A stretch of DNA of 63,849 nucleotides, counting the filler, from Octopus bimaculoides (taxonomy: Eukaryota), in assembly GCF_001194135.2 (NCBI RefSeq). It is 10 parts of 10 records of this genome, joined end to end, with 100 filler letters (N's around TTAATTAATTAA, not from the genome) between each part and the next. Parts side by side here need not be neighbours in the genome. Positions count along the whole stretch, not along the records: positions 10,823 to 36,260 come from NC_069000.1; positions 36,361 to 39,875 come from NW_026432038.1; 8 more parts are not named here. One strand, 5' to 3'. The notes beneath the pieces were generated by a model that did not search any database, had not been told where the DNA came from, and worked only from the letters and a program-made list of their open reading frames with translations. This document shows, piece after piece, positions 26,093 to 36,670 of this stretch; within the stretch, counting starts at the first letter, position 1; every line of letters begins with the position of its first letter. Both the position numbers and the translations under genes were made by a program.

Positions 26093-26779
26093 ACACACAC
26101 ACACACACACACACATGACAAATAAGAAAATGGAGAGCGGATATATAAACGACAGACAGCCAGTAAACATTCAATTATGTCTATTTATTAAATGATTGTA
26201 CACATATGTATGAGTGATACAAATTAACGAATGGAAAAAGGTAATATCTGCATAAACAAATACATACATACATACATACATACATACATACGTACATATA
26301 TATATATATATATATAAACAAATGAATAATAATAGATGGGTGTACAGGTACCTATACATCCATCTATTATTACCCATCTATTTTATTATTCATTTGTTTA
26401 TATATACATATATATANNNNNNNNNNNNNNNNNNNNNNNNNNNNNNNNNNNNNNNNNNNNNNNNNNNATGTCTAGCCTGTACGGTCTGGCTAAATCAAAA
26501 TGTTTTTTATATTCTTCCTTTCCACTTGGAGTGTTTAAATGTAGTTACAATAATATTTACTTCTACTGAAATGAAATTTCAGTAAATTTTCTATATCCTT
26601 GTGCAGCTGAAGATTGCTCTGCATTTTACATTTAATGTAAGGCTCACATTGCTTAAATAAATGGAGTCGCAAGAAACGACGGTATGCATTTCGCCCGCGT
26701 GCTAACGATTCTGGCAGCTCGTCACCTTATAGTCATTAAGATTATATTAAGACAAATGGAGAGCAAAATAAATTTAATG

Positions 26780-27290
26780 TCGGGTGAAATGGCTTACAAT
26801 AGTTATGTTTCTATAAGTCACCAGCTCACCACATAGTGTGGCATTGTGAGATGTATTTAATTTAAGGAAGACATCACGAATACAATCGGCCTCAATAGGG
26901 CCTCCAAAGGGCATCTGGAGTAACGTTATTGAGAGGGTGCGTGGCGCGGGGGTCAGGGAGTCTCTCCAGGACAAGTCCTACTTCTCTGCATTGAGAGGTC
27001 ATAACCCTGGTAATACGGATATGTGATTAGAATACCAAAGGAAAGGATCGCAAGAAGGATTCTTCTAGCCGACCCAATCGACAGAAAATCCAGGGGATAG
27101 ACCAAGAACGAGATGATCGTATAATACCCCAAATCACGTTTTGGAATCCATCCAGAGAGTGTAATGACGGTTGGTTCGGATAGGACCCTATGCAGGAAGT
27201 GACTGAGGTCTCTACCCCTACAACCCTCCCAAGAATAGTGGGCGGAGAAAATTGATGGATGGATGGATGGATTGATGGATGGATAGACAT
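26780..27290 (+). mobile_element. 3' end of a Rex3/Expander-like RTE LINE
   Basis: Frameshifted TSRIQSA...LLLCIERS*PW*YGYVIRIPKERIARRILLADPIDRKSRG.RPRTR followed by a (GATG)n tail. Confidence 0.75.
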
Positions 27291-27611
27291 CGTTATTAGC
27301 TCTGGATAGTTCTAGAATAGTGTGTAGGAGATGAAGTATTTTGTTGAGTCTAATTGTCTTATAGGCATCTGGGAATAAAAAGAGAAATAAAACGATGTAA
27401 AACTGCTACAGGTAAGAATACAACTAAAGGCGCGAGCTTCTCTGCAGAGAAGCTGGCCTCTACGTTGTAGTGAAATTAAATAACAGGTATATATCCGTGT
27501 ATGTACGTATGTATGTATGTATGTATGTATGTATGTATGTATGTATGCATGCATGTATGCATGCATGTTTGTATGTACGAATGTACGCACGTATGTATGT
27601 GTTCATGTGGG

Positions 27612-27674
<63 letters not shown>

Positions 27675-28469
27675 ATGTATATACGTAACCAGGTAGATAC
27701 ATAGGCATGTAGGTAGGTAAGTAGGTAGGTATACTTGTTTTGTTTAAGCTTATGAAAGACAAGTATGCTTTGAAGCTTTCAGTTTTTGACAATAAATATC
27801 GATTATGTGAACATGTAGAAAATATAATTCTCATGATCTAAGCCTGTTCGAAAATATTTGCGAATTATTTCCTTTAAACGATTCGCTGTAAGGATGACCT
27901 CGTTGATGATATAAAATATACCAACCCATTAACAAACCTGACGTGGTTTATGGTGTTGAGAACATAATATTATTGCGACTAAAGTGAAAGTAAAAGTATG
28001 AAGGAAGATTATTGGCTGATCAGCCAATGGTTTATGTGCTTTCGTTATTGCTCCACTGTGAGTGTGATCACAACACCTTCAGTTCGCTCTTCCTAACTGT
28101 AAATAAGCAATTCATGGTAGATGTTACTCGATATATGAGCATAGCGTATACTTAATTAGCTTTCTGTTTGCACCTAGTTTTGATTTTAAATTTTATGTTG
28201 GGCCTCAGACAATTCAACCTTGTTTCAATTTCGTAACGCAGTTTGCAGTTTTACCCTACACCATTCTTATCTTTATGTTAATTTCACCAGAATAACAATA
28301 TATTCATGCGTGGCATCGTTAATACATAGGGGTGTAATTACCCACTCACAGCGTAAGACTGGATTAGAAATTTGAATTTGAAATCAAAGAATACGAAAAG
28401 GACACAAAAAGTTCACACTATTTCACCATTACACCAATTTAACTACGAAAGTAATTTTCCATTGCACTC

Positions 28470-28679
28470 AATATTGGTTTCCTATTTTGGCACAAGGCTA
28501 GCAATTTTAGGGGAGGGTTAAGTCGATTACCTCAAGCCCATTTTTCAACTGGTAATTATTTTATCGAATCCGAAAGGATGACAGACAAAGTCGACCTCGG
28601 CGGAACTTGAACCCAGAGCGTATAGATGGACGAAATGCCTCTAACGGTGTGATAACGATTCTAATCAGCCTGCCGCCTT
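28470..28679 (-). mobile_element. SINE family B
   Basis: Homology to 30244-30460. Confidence 0.85.
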
Positions 28680-28739
28680 ACATTAGATTCAGTATTGTCT
28701 GAGTTGCCGAATCATTACTAAATACTAATTTATTCGGAA

Positions 28740-28815
28740 TTGTGATCTCATCTTGGTTGTTATGGTCACAACGTTTCGGCCTTTAAACAGGTCCGGACTT
28801 CTTCAGATGCTCCTC
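28740..28815 (-). mobile_element. Penelope-like pLTR fragment with hammerhead relic
   Basis: Minus strand CAT-CTGAAGA-A-GTCC...GGCC-GAAA-CGT-T-GTG. Confidence 0.55.
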
Positions 28816-29264
28816 GCATTCAGTAACGCCCTTATAATTTTGAACCGAAACTTACTTATGATAGCCCCAAAGTTATAGATTGTTCTCATTTTGTTGTCTA
28901 TAACTGAAATACTCGTTACATGAGATGCCGCTTGCTCGTCTCCGGAACTACAACTAGAGTATATATGATGCACTAATCAAACATTGCACTTATACCTATT
29001 AGGTAAACTAGCACACCTTGACACTTACTTAACGAACACATATCAATCATGAATTTGTTCCAAAGGGAAAATTAAGTGGCGGAGCTTTAAAACGTAATAT
29101 TTGTTTCCATTTAGAAAGAACGGCCATGACACCTAAGAATACAAAAAGGGTAAATTTAAAGGTTTTAATTTTCATCATCCTTTAGTGGCTGTCATCATAC
29201 CATCATTGGTTATACGCAAAAGGTTGACTAGTAAGCTGCCTGCTAAGGTGAGAATAAGAAGACT

Positions 29265-29544
29265 AATGGTTTCAAATTTTGGCATAAGGCCAGCAGTTTT
29301 AGGTAGAGGGGTTTTAAATTGATTACACATACCCCAGTGCTCAGCTGGTGCTTATTTCATCAAAAGGATGAACGGCAAAGTTGATCTCGGCCTCATGAGT
29401 CTATGGCTCAGGAAAGCCTTGTGACTCCTTTCTTTTTTGTGTGGGGTGGTGGTATTCTCCAGATATGTGTACCTTTAATGCAGTTCTCAGGCTGAATCAG
29501 CGTCTCACTATGTGAAAAAACTGGCCCTTTGAATTACGAGTAAA

Positions 29545-29607
<63 letters not shown>

Positions 29608-29708
29608 CAGATAGATAAACAGATGCATTGATAAATAGATAAATAGATAAATAGATAGAGAAACAGACAGACAGATAGATAGATAAATACAGAGATAAAG
29701 AGAGAAGT

Positions 29709-29765
<57 letters not shown>

Positions 29766-30065
29766 GGGGAGTCTGTTCGACTACTGCACTGTTTATTTAT
29801 CGATGTCAAAAATAGCTGAAAGACAACTTCAGCTCGGTGTGGTTTGAACTGGGACCCCAGGATTTATATTGCAAAGCATTCAACCCAACGCTCTAACAGT
29901 GCTGTTAATTAACTTCCCTTATATTGAACCTTGTTACCGGTACTCATTGATGGTACAAGAGATGAAAGACAAAATCCACCTTCTTGGGATTTGAACTCAG
30001 AAAGTAAAGTAACATAACGAGATCCGGTAAGGTATTTTGTCCGATTCCCTATCGATATTGCCAGC
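29265..30065 (-). mobile_element. Cluster of degenerate SINE fragments (three family B, one family C) around a (GA)n/(GATA)n array at 29548-29760
   Basis: Partial matches to families B and C. Confidence 0.65.
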
Positions 30066-30243
30066 CTCAGTTTCGATGCTGGGAGGACAATTTAGCCATT
30101 GTTCTTAGATATTAAATTACTCTTGCATATTTAACCCTCCGCTAGTCCAAATCATTTTCATAAGTTTGTCCTAAACCTCCGAACTTTACAGATCTTTTAG
30201 TTAGCTCTTGTTTCATGATGTTTGAAGTAATATAAATCTTTCA

Positions 30244-30460
30244 AAGAAGCGAGCTGGTAGAAACGTTAGCACGCCAGGCGAAATGCTGAGCGCTATTTCG
30301 TCTTCCGCTGCGTTCTGAGTTCAAATTCCACCGAGGTCGACTTTGCTTTTTACCCTTTCGGGGTCGATAAATTAAGTACCAGTTGCGTACTTGGGTCGAT
30401 CTAATCGACTGGTCCCCTCCCCCAAAATTTTCGGCCTTGTGCCTAAAGTAGAAAAGAATA
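30244..30460 (+). mobile_element. SINE family B, near-intact copy
   Basis: tRNA-like head (gagctggtagaaacgttagc...gagttcaaattcc) plus central domain gtcgactttgctttttaccctttcggggtcgataaattaagtaccag. Confidence 0.9.
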
Positions 30461-30849
30461 TAAAACTTGCCTTTCATAAGTCTTAATTTATTCTGATGGT
30501 TGAAAAAAAAAAAAGAACTCGAATATGATTATATATGATGCATAGACATATTTTAAGTATCATATTTGATACACAGAACAGGCAAAGGGGTAACCATTAG
30601 TGTATTTAATTGCGGTAGTTTAGCACTAGCTTAGTGGAAGAACTATATGAAGATAAGCGTTCCATTTGTGACTGTCCCGTCAATCTCACATCCGCATACT
30701 ATACATCGCATCCCTTCTTCTTAAGAAGTTGTGATGCTATTTGAGAGAGATTTAGCTGCTCATTCTAGTGTGCCAAGTGAGCACCTGGAGTATCCCTCTA
30801 GTTTCTTAAACACATGACCACGTAGTAGGCTTAACTAGGTGGAGCTGAC

Positions 30850-30932
<83 letters not shown>

Positions 30933-31522
30933 NNNNNNNNNNNNNNNNNNNNNNNNAAAAAAAAAAAAAAAAAAAAAAAACCCAACAAACTTCCTAACCG
31001 AATTCTTCGCATTCACAACATTAGCAGTAGGGTTAAATTATTTTCAAAACTTTCCAAGCGTTTTCCGGCATTTGGCAGAAGTTAATAACATTGCATTAAT
31101 GCTATTTAATACATAATCTTGATTCTTGGAAACCGACACGTTGTTTTGCTAAAATTTGATAAACACTTGCAGACACACAAGACGTCTTCGACGCCGTCGT
31201 CGACACCATCGGCGGCGGCGGCGGTACATATACTAACATTGGAACGATACGTAGAGACAAGCACACGGATATACAAATACACACACACACACACACATGC
31301 ATGCGTACGTACGTGCGTGCGTTCATGCACATACACGTCAAGGCAAATGCACAGACATTTGTATAAAGTTCATATTTATGCTGTTACACTATTAACGGCA
31401 GAGATTGGGCATAAAAATGTCAGCGCTTCATACTAGATATACGATATGTTCCATGGAAACTGTGGGTGTATGTAAACACCTCTCTGAATTTACGTCTGTT
31501 TTGTAAGTGTACATGCGTACAT

Positions 31523-31660
31523 AGGCTCAGGCATGGCTGTATGTTTAAGAAGCTCGCTTTGCAGCCGTGTGGTTTCGAGTTCAGTCGCACCGCGCAGCAC
31601 TTTGGGCAAGTGTCTTCTGCTTATAGTTCGGGTCAACCAATGCATTGTGAATGAATCTGT
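31523..31660 (+). mobile_element. SINE family A head only
   Basis: ggcatggctgtatg...gagttcagtcgc...ctttgggcaagtgtcttc, then (TATG)n. Confidence 0.75.
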
Positions 31661-31968
31661 CGTGTGCGTGTTATGTATGTATGTATGTATGTGTCTGCCT
31701 GCCTGCTTGCCTGTCTGTCTGTCTATCTGTCTGTCTGTCTGTCTGTCTGTATGCATGCATGCATGTATGTATGTATGTATGTATGTACGTATATTTGTAT
31801 GCATGTATACATGTTTGCATGCATGTATGTTAGTGTATGTGTGTATATATATACATATACATATACATACATACATACATACATACATACACATATATAT
31901 ATATATATTGTAAGAAAATATTTTGTATACATGTACATAGATATATATGTAAGTGTATGCATGTATGC

Positions 31969-32011
<43 letters not shown>

Positions 32012-32116
32012 AGACAAGTTGTACGTACGCCGCTATATATATATGTATAAATAATACAGAATGGGACAAAGACGCGAAACATCCAGACAGTTAGGTGATA
32101 CAAGAAAGGGACAATA

Positions 32117-32344
32117 TACAAGGGGTGTTGGTGGTGAAAAGTTCCTGGTTTTAAGGGTATCACGAAAGGCCTAGTTAGAGGCCCAACTCTCCGAGTTCTT
32201 TTACAGGGCTTAGAAAAACTGAAGAACATTTGCAATAGGTCTGTGAATCTAAGAGGAGATATGTTCAATAAAATCATAATTAATTGATCCTCCTGTATAT
32301 ATTTTCTTTTACCCAAAACCAGGAACTTTTCAACACCCTTTCAT
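32117..32344 (+). mobile_element. Mariner-derived MITE, second copy
   Basis: TIRs gggtgttg...gaaaagttcctggtttt / aaaaccaggaacttttcaacaccc; homologous to 5963-6162. Confidence 0.8.
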
Positions 32345-32612
32345 ATATATATACACACATACATATATGTTTACGTTTCGTTATTGTGTTGCTTATCGAC
32401 GTATTGATGCAACATAGCCTGCACGTTTATAGATGCTGTAAGTCAGCTTGACATGCCATTCCACCCTTTTCCCCTCTTCCATTCCATCAATATTCACCTC
32501 TTCTTCCGTTACTCCTTCTCATTTCTCATACCTCATTCAATTATTTGTTTCAAATAGTTCGATGTCTTCTCTTCTCGCTTTATTTGTGCTTTCTGTTTGT
32601 TCTTTCATAAGT

Positions 32613-32643
<31 letters not shown>

Positions 32644-32720
32644 ATATGTATGTATACATGTATGTATGTATGTATGTATGTATGCATGTATGTATGTATG
32701 CATGCATGTATGTATGTATG

Positions 32721-33167
32721 CCATTCAGTTTTATTCCAAGATTTTTTGCCAATAGAAAAAGAGCCGGTTTCTAACCTAGATCAAAGGTTCCTTCATCGGA
32801 ATTTCAAAAGAATATTTTTGTATGTATGTATATGTGCAGATATGTATGTTTTCTTTTGTGTATGCATTTTCATGCATATACTTGCATGTTTAGACATACT
32901 CATATATACTTAAATGATAAACTTCTAGAAAGTTTTATAGGTTTTTACTGTTCCAATGATGACTTGAATCTGTAGTCTTCGAATCAGCTTTCTCTTTTCT
33001 GGTTTTGAGAAGCCTAATCTCTCAAAATTAGTATTTAGGCAATGTGTTACATATCCCAGTGCCCCAATAATTACAGGTGTAAACCTGACTTGTAATCTGG
33101 ATAGAGTAGCTGTAGATTCCGCACCAGTTCAGCATAAATATTTTCTTTTTCGTTGATCTTTAGCCTT
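32721..33167 (-). mobile_element. 3' end of an RLE-type (Dong/R4-like) non-LTR retrotransposon
   Basis: Minus strand KENIYAELVRNLQLLYPDY/RFTPVIIGALGYVTHCLNTNFERLGFSKPEKRKLIRRLQIQVIIGTVKTYKTF*, resembling the restriction-like endonuclease C-terminus; the 3' UTR with AATAAA runs into (CATA)n. Confidence 0.8.
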
Positions 33168-34131
33168 NNNNNNNNNNNNNNNNNNNNNNNNNNNNNNNNN
33201 NNNNNNNNNNNNNNNNNNNNNNNNNNNNNNNNNNNNNNNNNNNNNNNNNNNNNNNNNNNNNNNNNNNNNNNNNNNNNNNNNNNNNNNNNNNNNNNNNNNN
33301 NNNNNNNNNNNNNNNNNNNNNNNNNNNNNNNNNNNNNNNNNNNNNNNNNNNNNNNNNNNNNNNNNNNNNNNNNNNNNNNNNNNNNNNNNNNNNNNNNNNN
33401 NNNNNNNNNNNNNNNNNNNNNNNNNNNNNNNNNNNNNNNNNNNNNNNNNNNNNNNNNNNNNNNNNNNNNNNNNNNNNNNNNNNNNNNNNNNNNNNNNNNN
33501 NNNNNNNNNNNNNNNNNNNNNNNNNNNNNNNNNNNNNNNNNNNNNNNNNNNNNNNNNNNNNNNNNNNNNNNNNNNNNNNNNNNNNNNNNNNNNNNNNNNN
33601 NNNNNNNNNNNNNNNNNNNNNNNNNNNNNNNNNNNNNNNNNNNNNNNNNNNNNNNNNNNNNNNNNNNNNNNNNNNNNNNNNNNNNNNNNNNNNNNNNNNN
33701 NNNNNNNNNNNNNNNNNNNNNNNNNNNNNNNNNNNNNNNNNNNNNNNNNNNNNNNNNNNNNNNNNNNNNNNNNNNNNNNNNNNNNNNNNNNNNNNNNNNN
33801 NNNNNNNNNNNNNNNNNNNNNNNNNNNNNNNNNNNNNNNNNNNNNNNNNNNNNNNNNNNNNNNNNNNNNNNNNNNNNNNNNNNNNNNNNNNNNNNNNNNN
33901 NNNNNNNNNNNNNNNNNNNNNNNNNNNNNNNNNNNNNNNNNNNNNNNNNNNNNNNNNNNNNNNNNNNNNNNNNNNNNNNNNNNNNNNNNNNNNNNNNNNN
34001 NNNNNNNNNNNNNNNNNNNNNNNNNNNNNNNNNNNNNNNNNNNNNNNNNNNNNNNNNNNNNNNNNNNNNNNNNNNNNNNNNNNNNNNNNNNNNNNNNNNN
34101 NNNNNNNNNNNNNNNNNNNNNNNNNNNNNNN

Positions 34132-34206
<75 letters not shown>

Positions 34207-35343
34207 TGTATATCAATATAGTATAAGTGTATATGTATGTATGTACACTATTGAACATAAGTTCAAATCAAGGTGGAAAATATAGTACTCAAATACCAAA
34301 GGTAGAGTAATATATGTATGTATGTGTGTGTGTATGTGTGTGTGTGTGTGTGTGTGTGAAGTATTGTGTGCAGCCACTTCTACCGCCATCGCTGACGAAG
34401 GATCCCTTACGTGGTCGTTCGATATATTAGAAATGACAGTCAAATCTCTTTTAATTTCCATCTTACTGTCTCAAGAAGCGACACTTTTGGATAATGTAGC
34501 GTCGGGTTCCTGACATATAGGAAAGAAAGATGCGATGGTCACGGTTGGGATTTCTTTCATCATTGGCCTTCTGTGGGGTAAGCAACAACAACAGCAACAA
34601 TAACGGCAATAATAGCAAGAGCACCACCATCACCATCACGAACACTGCTACCGCCACCGCCACCACCACAACCACCACCACCACCACGACCACCACCACG
34701 ACCNNNNNNNNNNNNNNNNNNNNNNNNNNNNNNNNNNNNNNNNNNNNNNNNNNNNNNNNNNNNNNNNNNNNNNNNNNNNNNNNNNNNNNNNNNNNNNNNN
34801 NNNNNNNNNNNNNNNNNNNNNNNNNNNNNNNNNNNNNNNNNNNNNNNNNNNNNNNNNNNNNNNNNNNNNNNNNNNNNNNNNNNNNNNNNNNNNNNNNNNN
34901 NNNNNNNNNNNNNNNNNNNNNNNNNNNNNNNNNNNNNNNNNNNNNNNNNNNNNNNNNNNNNNNNNNNNNNNNNNNNNNNNNNNNNNNNNNNNNNNNNNNN
35001 NNNNNNNNNNNNNNNNNNNNNNNNNNNNNNNNNNNNNNNNNNNNNNNNNNNNNNNNNNNNNNNNNNNNNNNNNNNNNNNNNNNNNNNNNNNNNNNNNNNN
35101 NNNNNNNNNNNNNNNNNNNNNNNNNNNNNNNNNNNNNNNNNNNNNNNNNNNNNNNNNNNNNNNNNNNNNNNNNNNNNNNNNNNNNNNNNNNNNNNNNNNN
35201 NNNNNNNNNNNNNNNNNNNNNNNNNNNNNNNNNNNNNNNNNNNNNNNNNNNNNNNNNNNNNNNNNNNNNNNNNNNNNNNNNNNNNNNNNNNNNNNNNNNN
35301 NNNNNNNNNNNNNNNNNNNNNNNNNNNNNNNNNNNNNNNNNNN

Positions 35344-35380
<37 letters not shown>

Positions 35381-35981
35381 CATATACATACATACATACA
35401 TACATATATATACACACACATACACACACACACGCATTGATTCATACGTATATACACATATATATATATGCATATACTTACACATACACGTATATTGTAT
35501 AATATTGCGATGGAAGTTATTACCGGAACAGAGAAAAAGCGAGAAAGAGAGAGAGGGAGGGGGCGGGAGAAGACTGACAGCCCAGTAAAACATTAAATAA
35601 TTATTGAAGATCAATGAACGATGAATGAAACGTGTGAGAATGCGGTCAGAACACTTAGCTGCCGTCTGGCTGGCTGGTTGGTTGGCTGGCTAGCTGGTTG
35701 GCTGTCTGACACAGCATTCAGCCATCTGAAACTTGAGGTCAGATCACCAGATCTTGACTTTGAAAAAGAAGAGCATTGTCATCTTTTTTTTTAAGGCTAC
35801 GTTCACATGAAGACGCGAATAGAGGCACGATTAAAATCAGTCATGTTGCACTATATGTCTTTGTATCTGTCTGTGTAAATTATCGTGCAGGAATATGCAA
35901 TCGCCCGCGCACACACATACATTCAAACATACACGCAAGCATCCACAACACACACCGTAGATTTAAGCCGGTGGGCAGGTT

Positions 35982-36047
35982 GGCATGTTGTTAGTGACTG
36001 CAGGTTTAAGCTCCACAGCTTAAATTTACGGTCACTAACAACATGCC
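35982..36047 (+). ncRNA. Candidate pre-miRNA-like hairpin (30-bp stem, 6-nt loop)
   Basis: ggcatgttgttagtgac-tgcagg-tttaagc [tccaca] gcttaaa-tttacg-gtcactaacaacatgcc; one mismatch and three G-U pairs on the plus strand. The structure is seen directly; function is not shown. Confidence 0.35.
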
Positions 36048-36260
36048 GTATTAAATCCAAGCGGAACAGAGTCCATTTAACGAGATATCTCTTATTCCAT
36101 CACCTGAAGAGATGCTTCTGCATCGAGAGATGCACCACAACTAGTTGTATAGTTTCTCAACTGCGAGGAATCAATGAAGAATGTGTCGAAACGATCTTTG
36201 TGAGCAATAAAGTTTCCCGTGTATTCTATTTTCCATCTATATCATTTGTTTATATATATA

Positions 36261-36360
36261 NNNNNNNNNNNNNNNNNNNNNNNNNNNNNNNNNNNNNNNN
36301 NNNNTTAATTAATTAANNNNNNNNNNNNNNNNNNNNNNNNNNNNNNNNNNNNNNNNNNNN
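36261..36360. other. Artificial scaffolding linker
   Basis: 44 N + TTAATTAATTAA + 44 N. Confidence 0.95.
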
Positions 36361-36519
36361 TGTCTTTAACTTCTTTTTCTTATTTTCTGTCCTTTATCAC
36401 TTTTTCTCCTCGAATTCTTAACAGTGTAATCACATCAATGACCTGTTTGATACCAAATGACAAATAATAAACGTTTAAGTTATCAGTTTTTGATTTAAAT
36501 GGCTAACATATATCTTCAC

Positions 36520-36670
36520 GGCGAGTTCAAATTTCACCGAGGGCGACTTTGCCTTTCATCCTTCGGCGTCGATAAAATAAGTAGCAGTCAAGCACTGGGG
36601 TCGATGTAATCGACTTGCTCACCTCTTCAGAAATTGCTGGCATTGTGCCAAAAATTTGAAACCAATATTT
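36520..36670 (+). mobile_element. SINE family B, 5'-truncated
   Basis: gagttcaaatttcaccgagggcgactttgcctttcatcc...gtcgataaaataagt...ggggtcgatgtaatcgac. Confidence 0.85.

Noticed and set aside
28291-28352. Possible 62-nt exon (ITIYSCVASLIHRGVITHSQ); similar AG...GT candidate at 38304-38345
   Set aside because: Splice-like pairs are common by chance in AT-rich DNA and no product was recognised.
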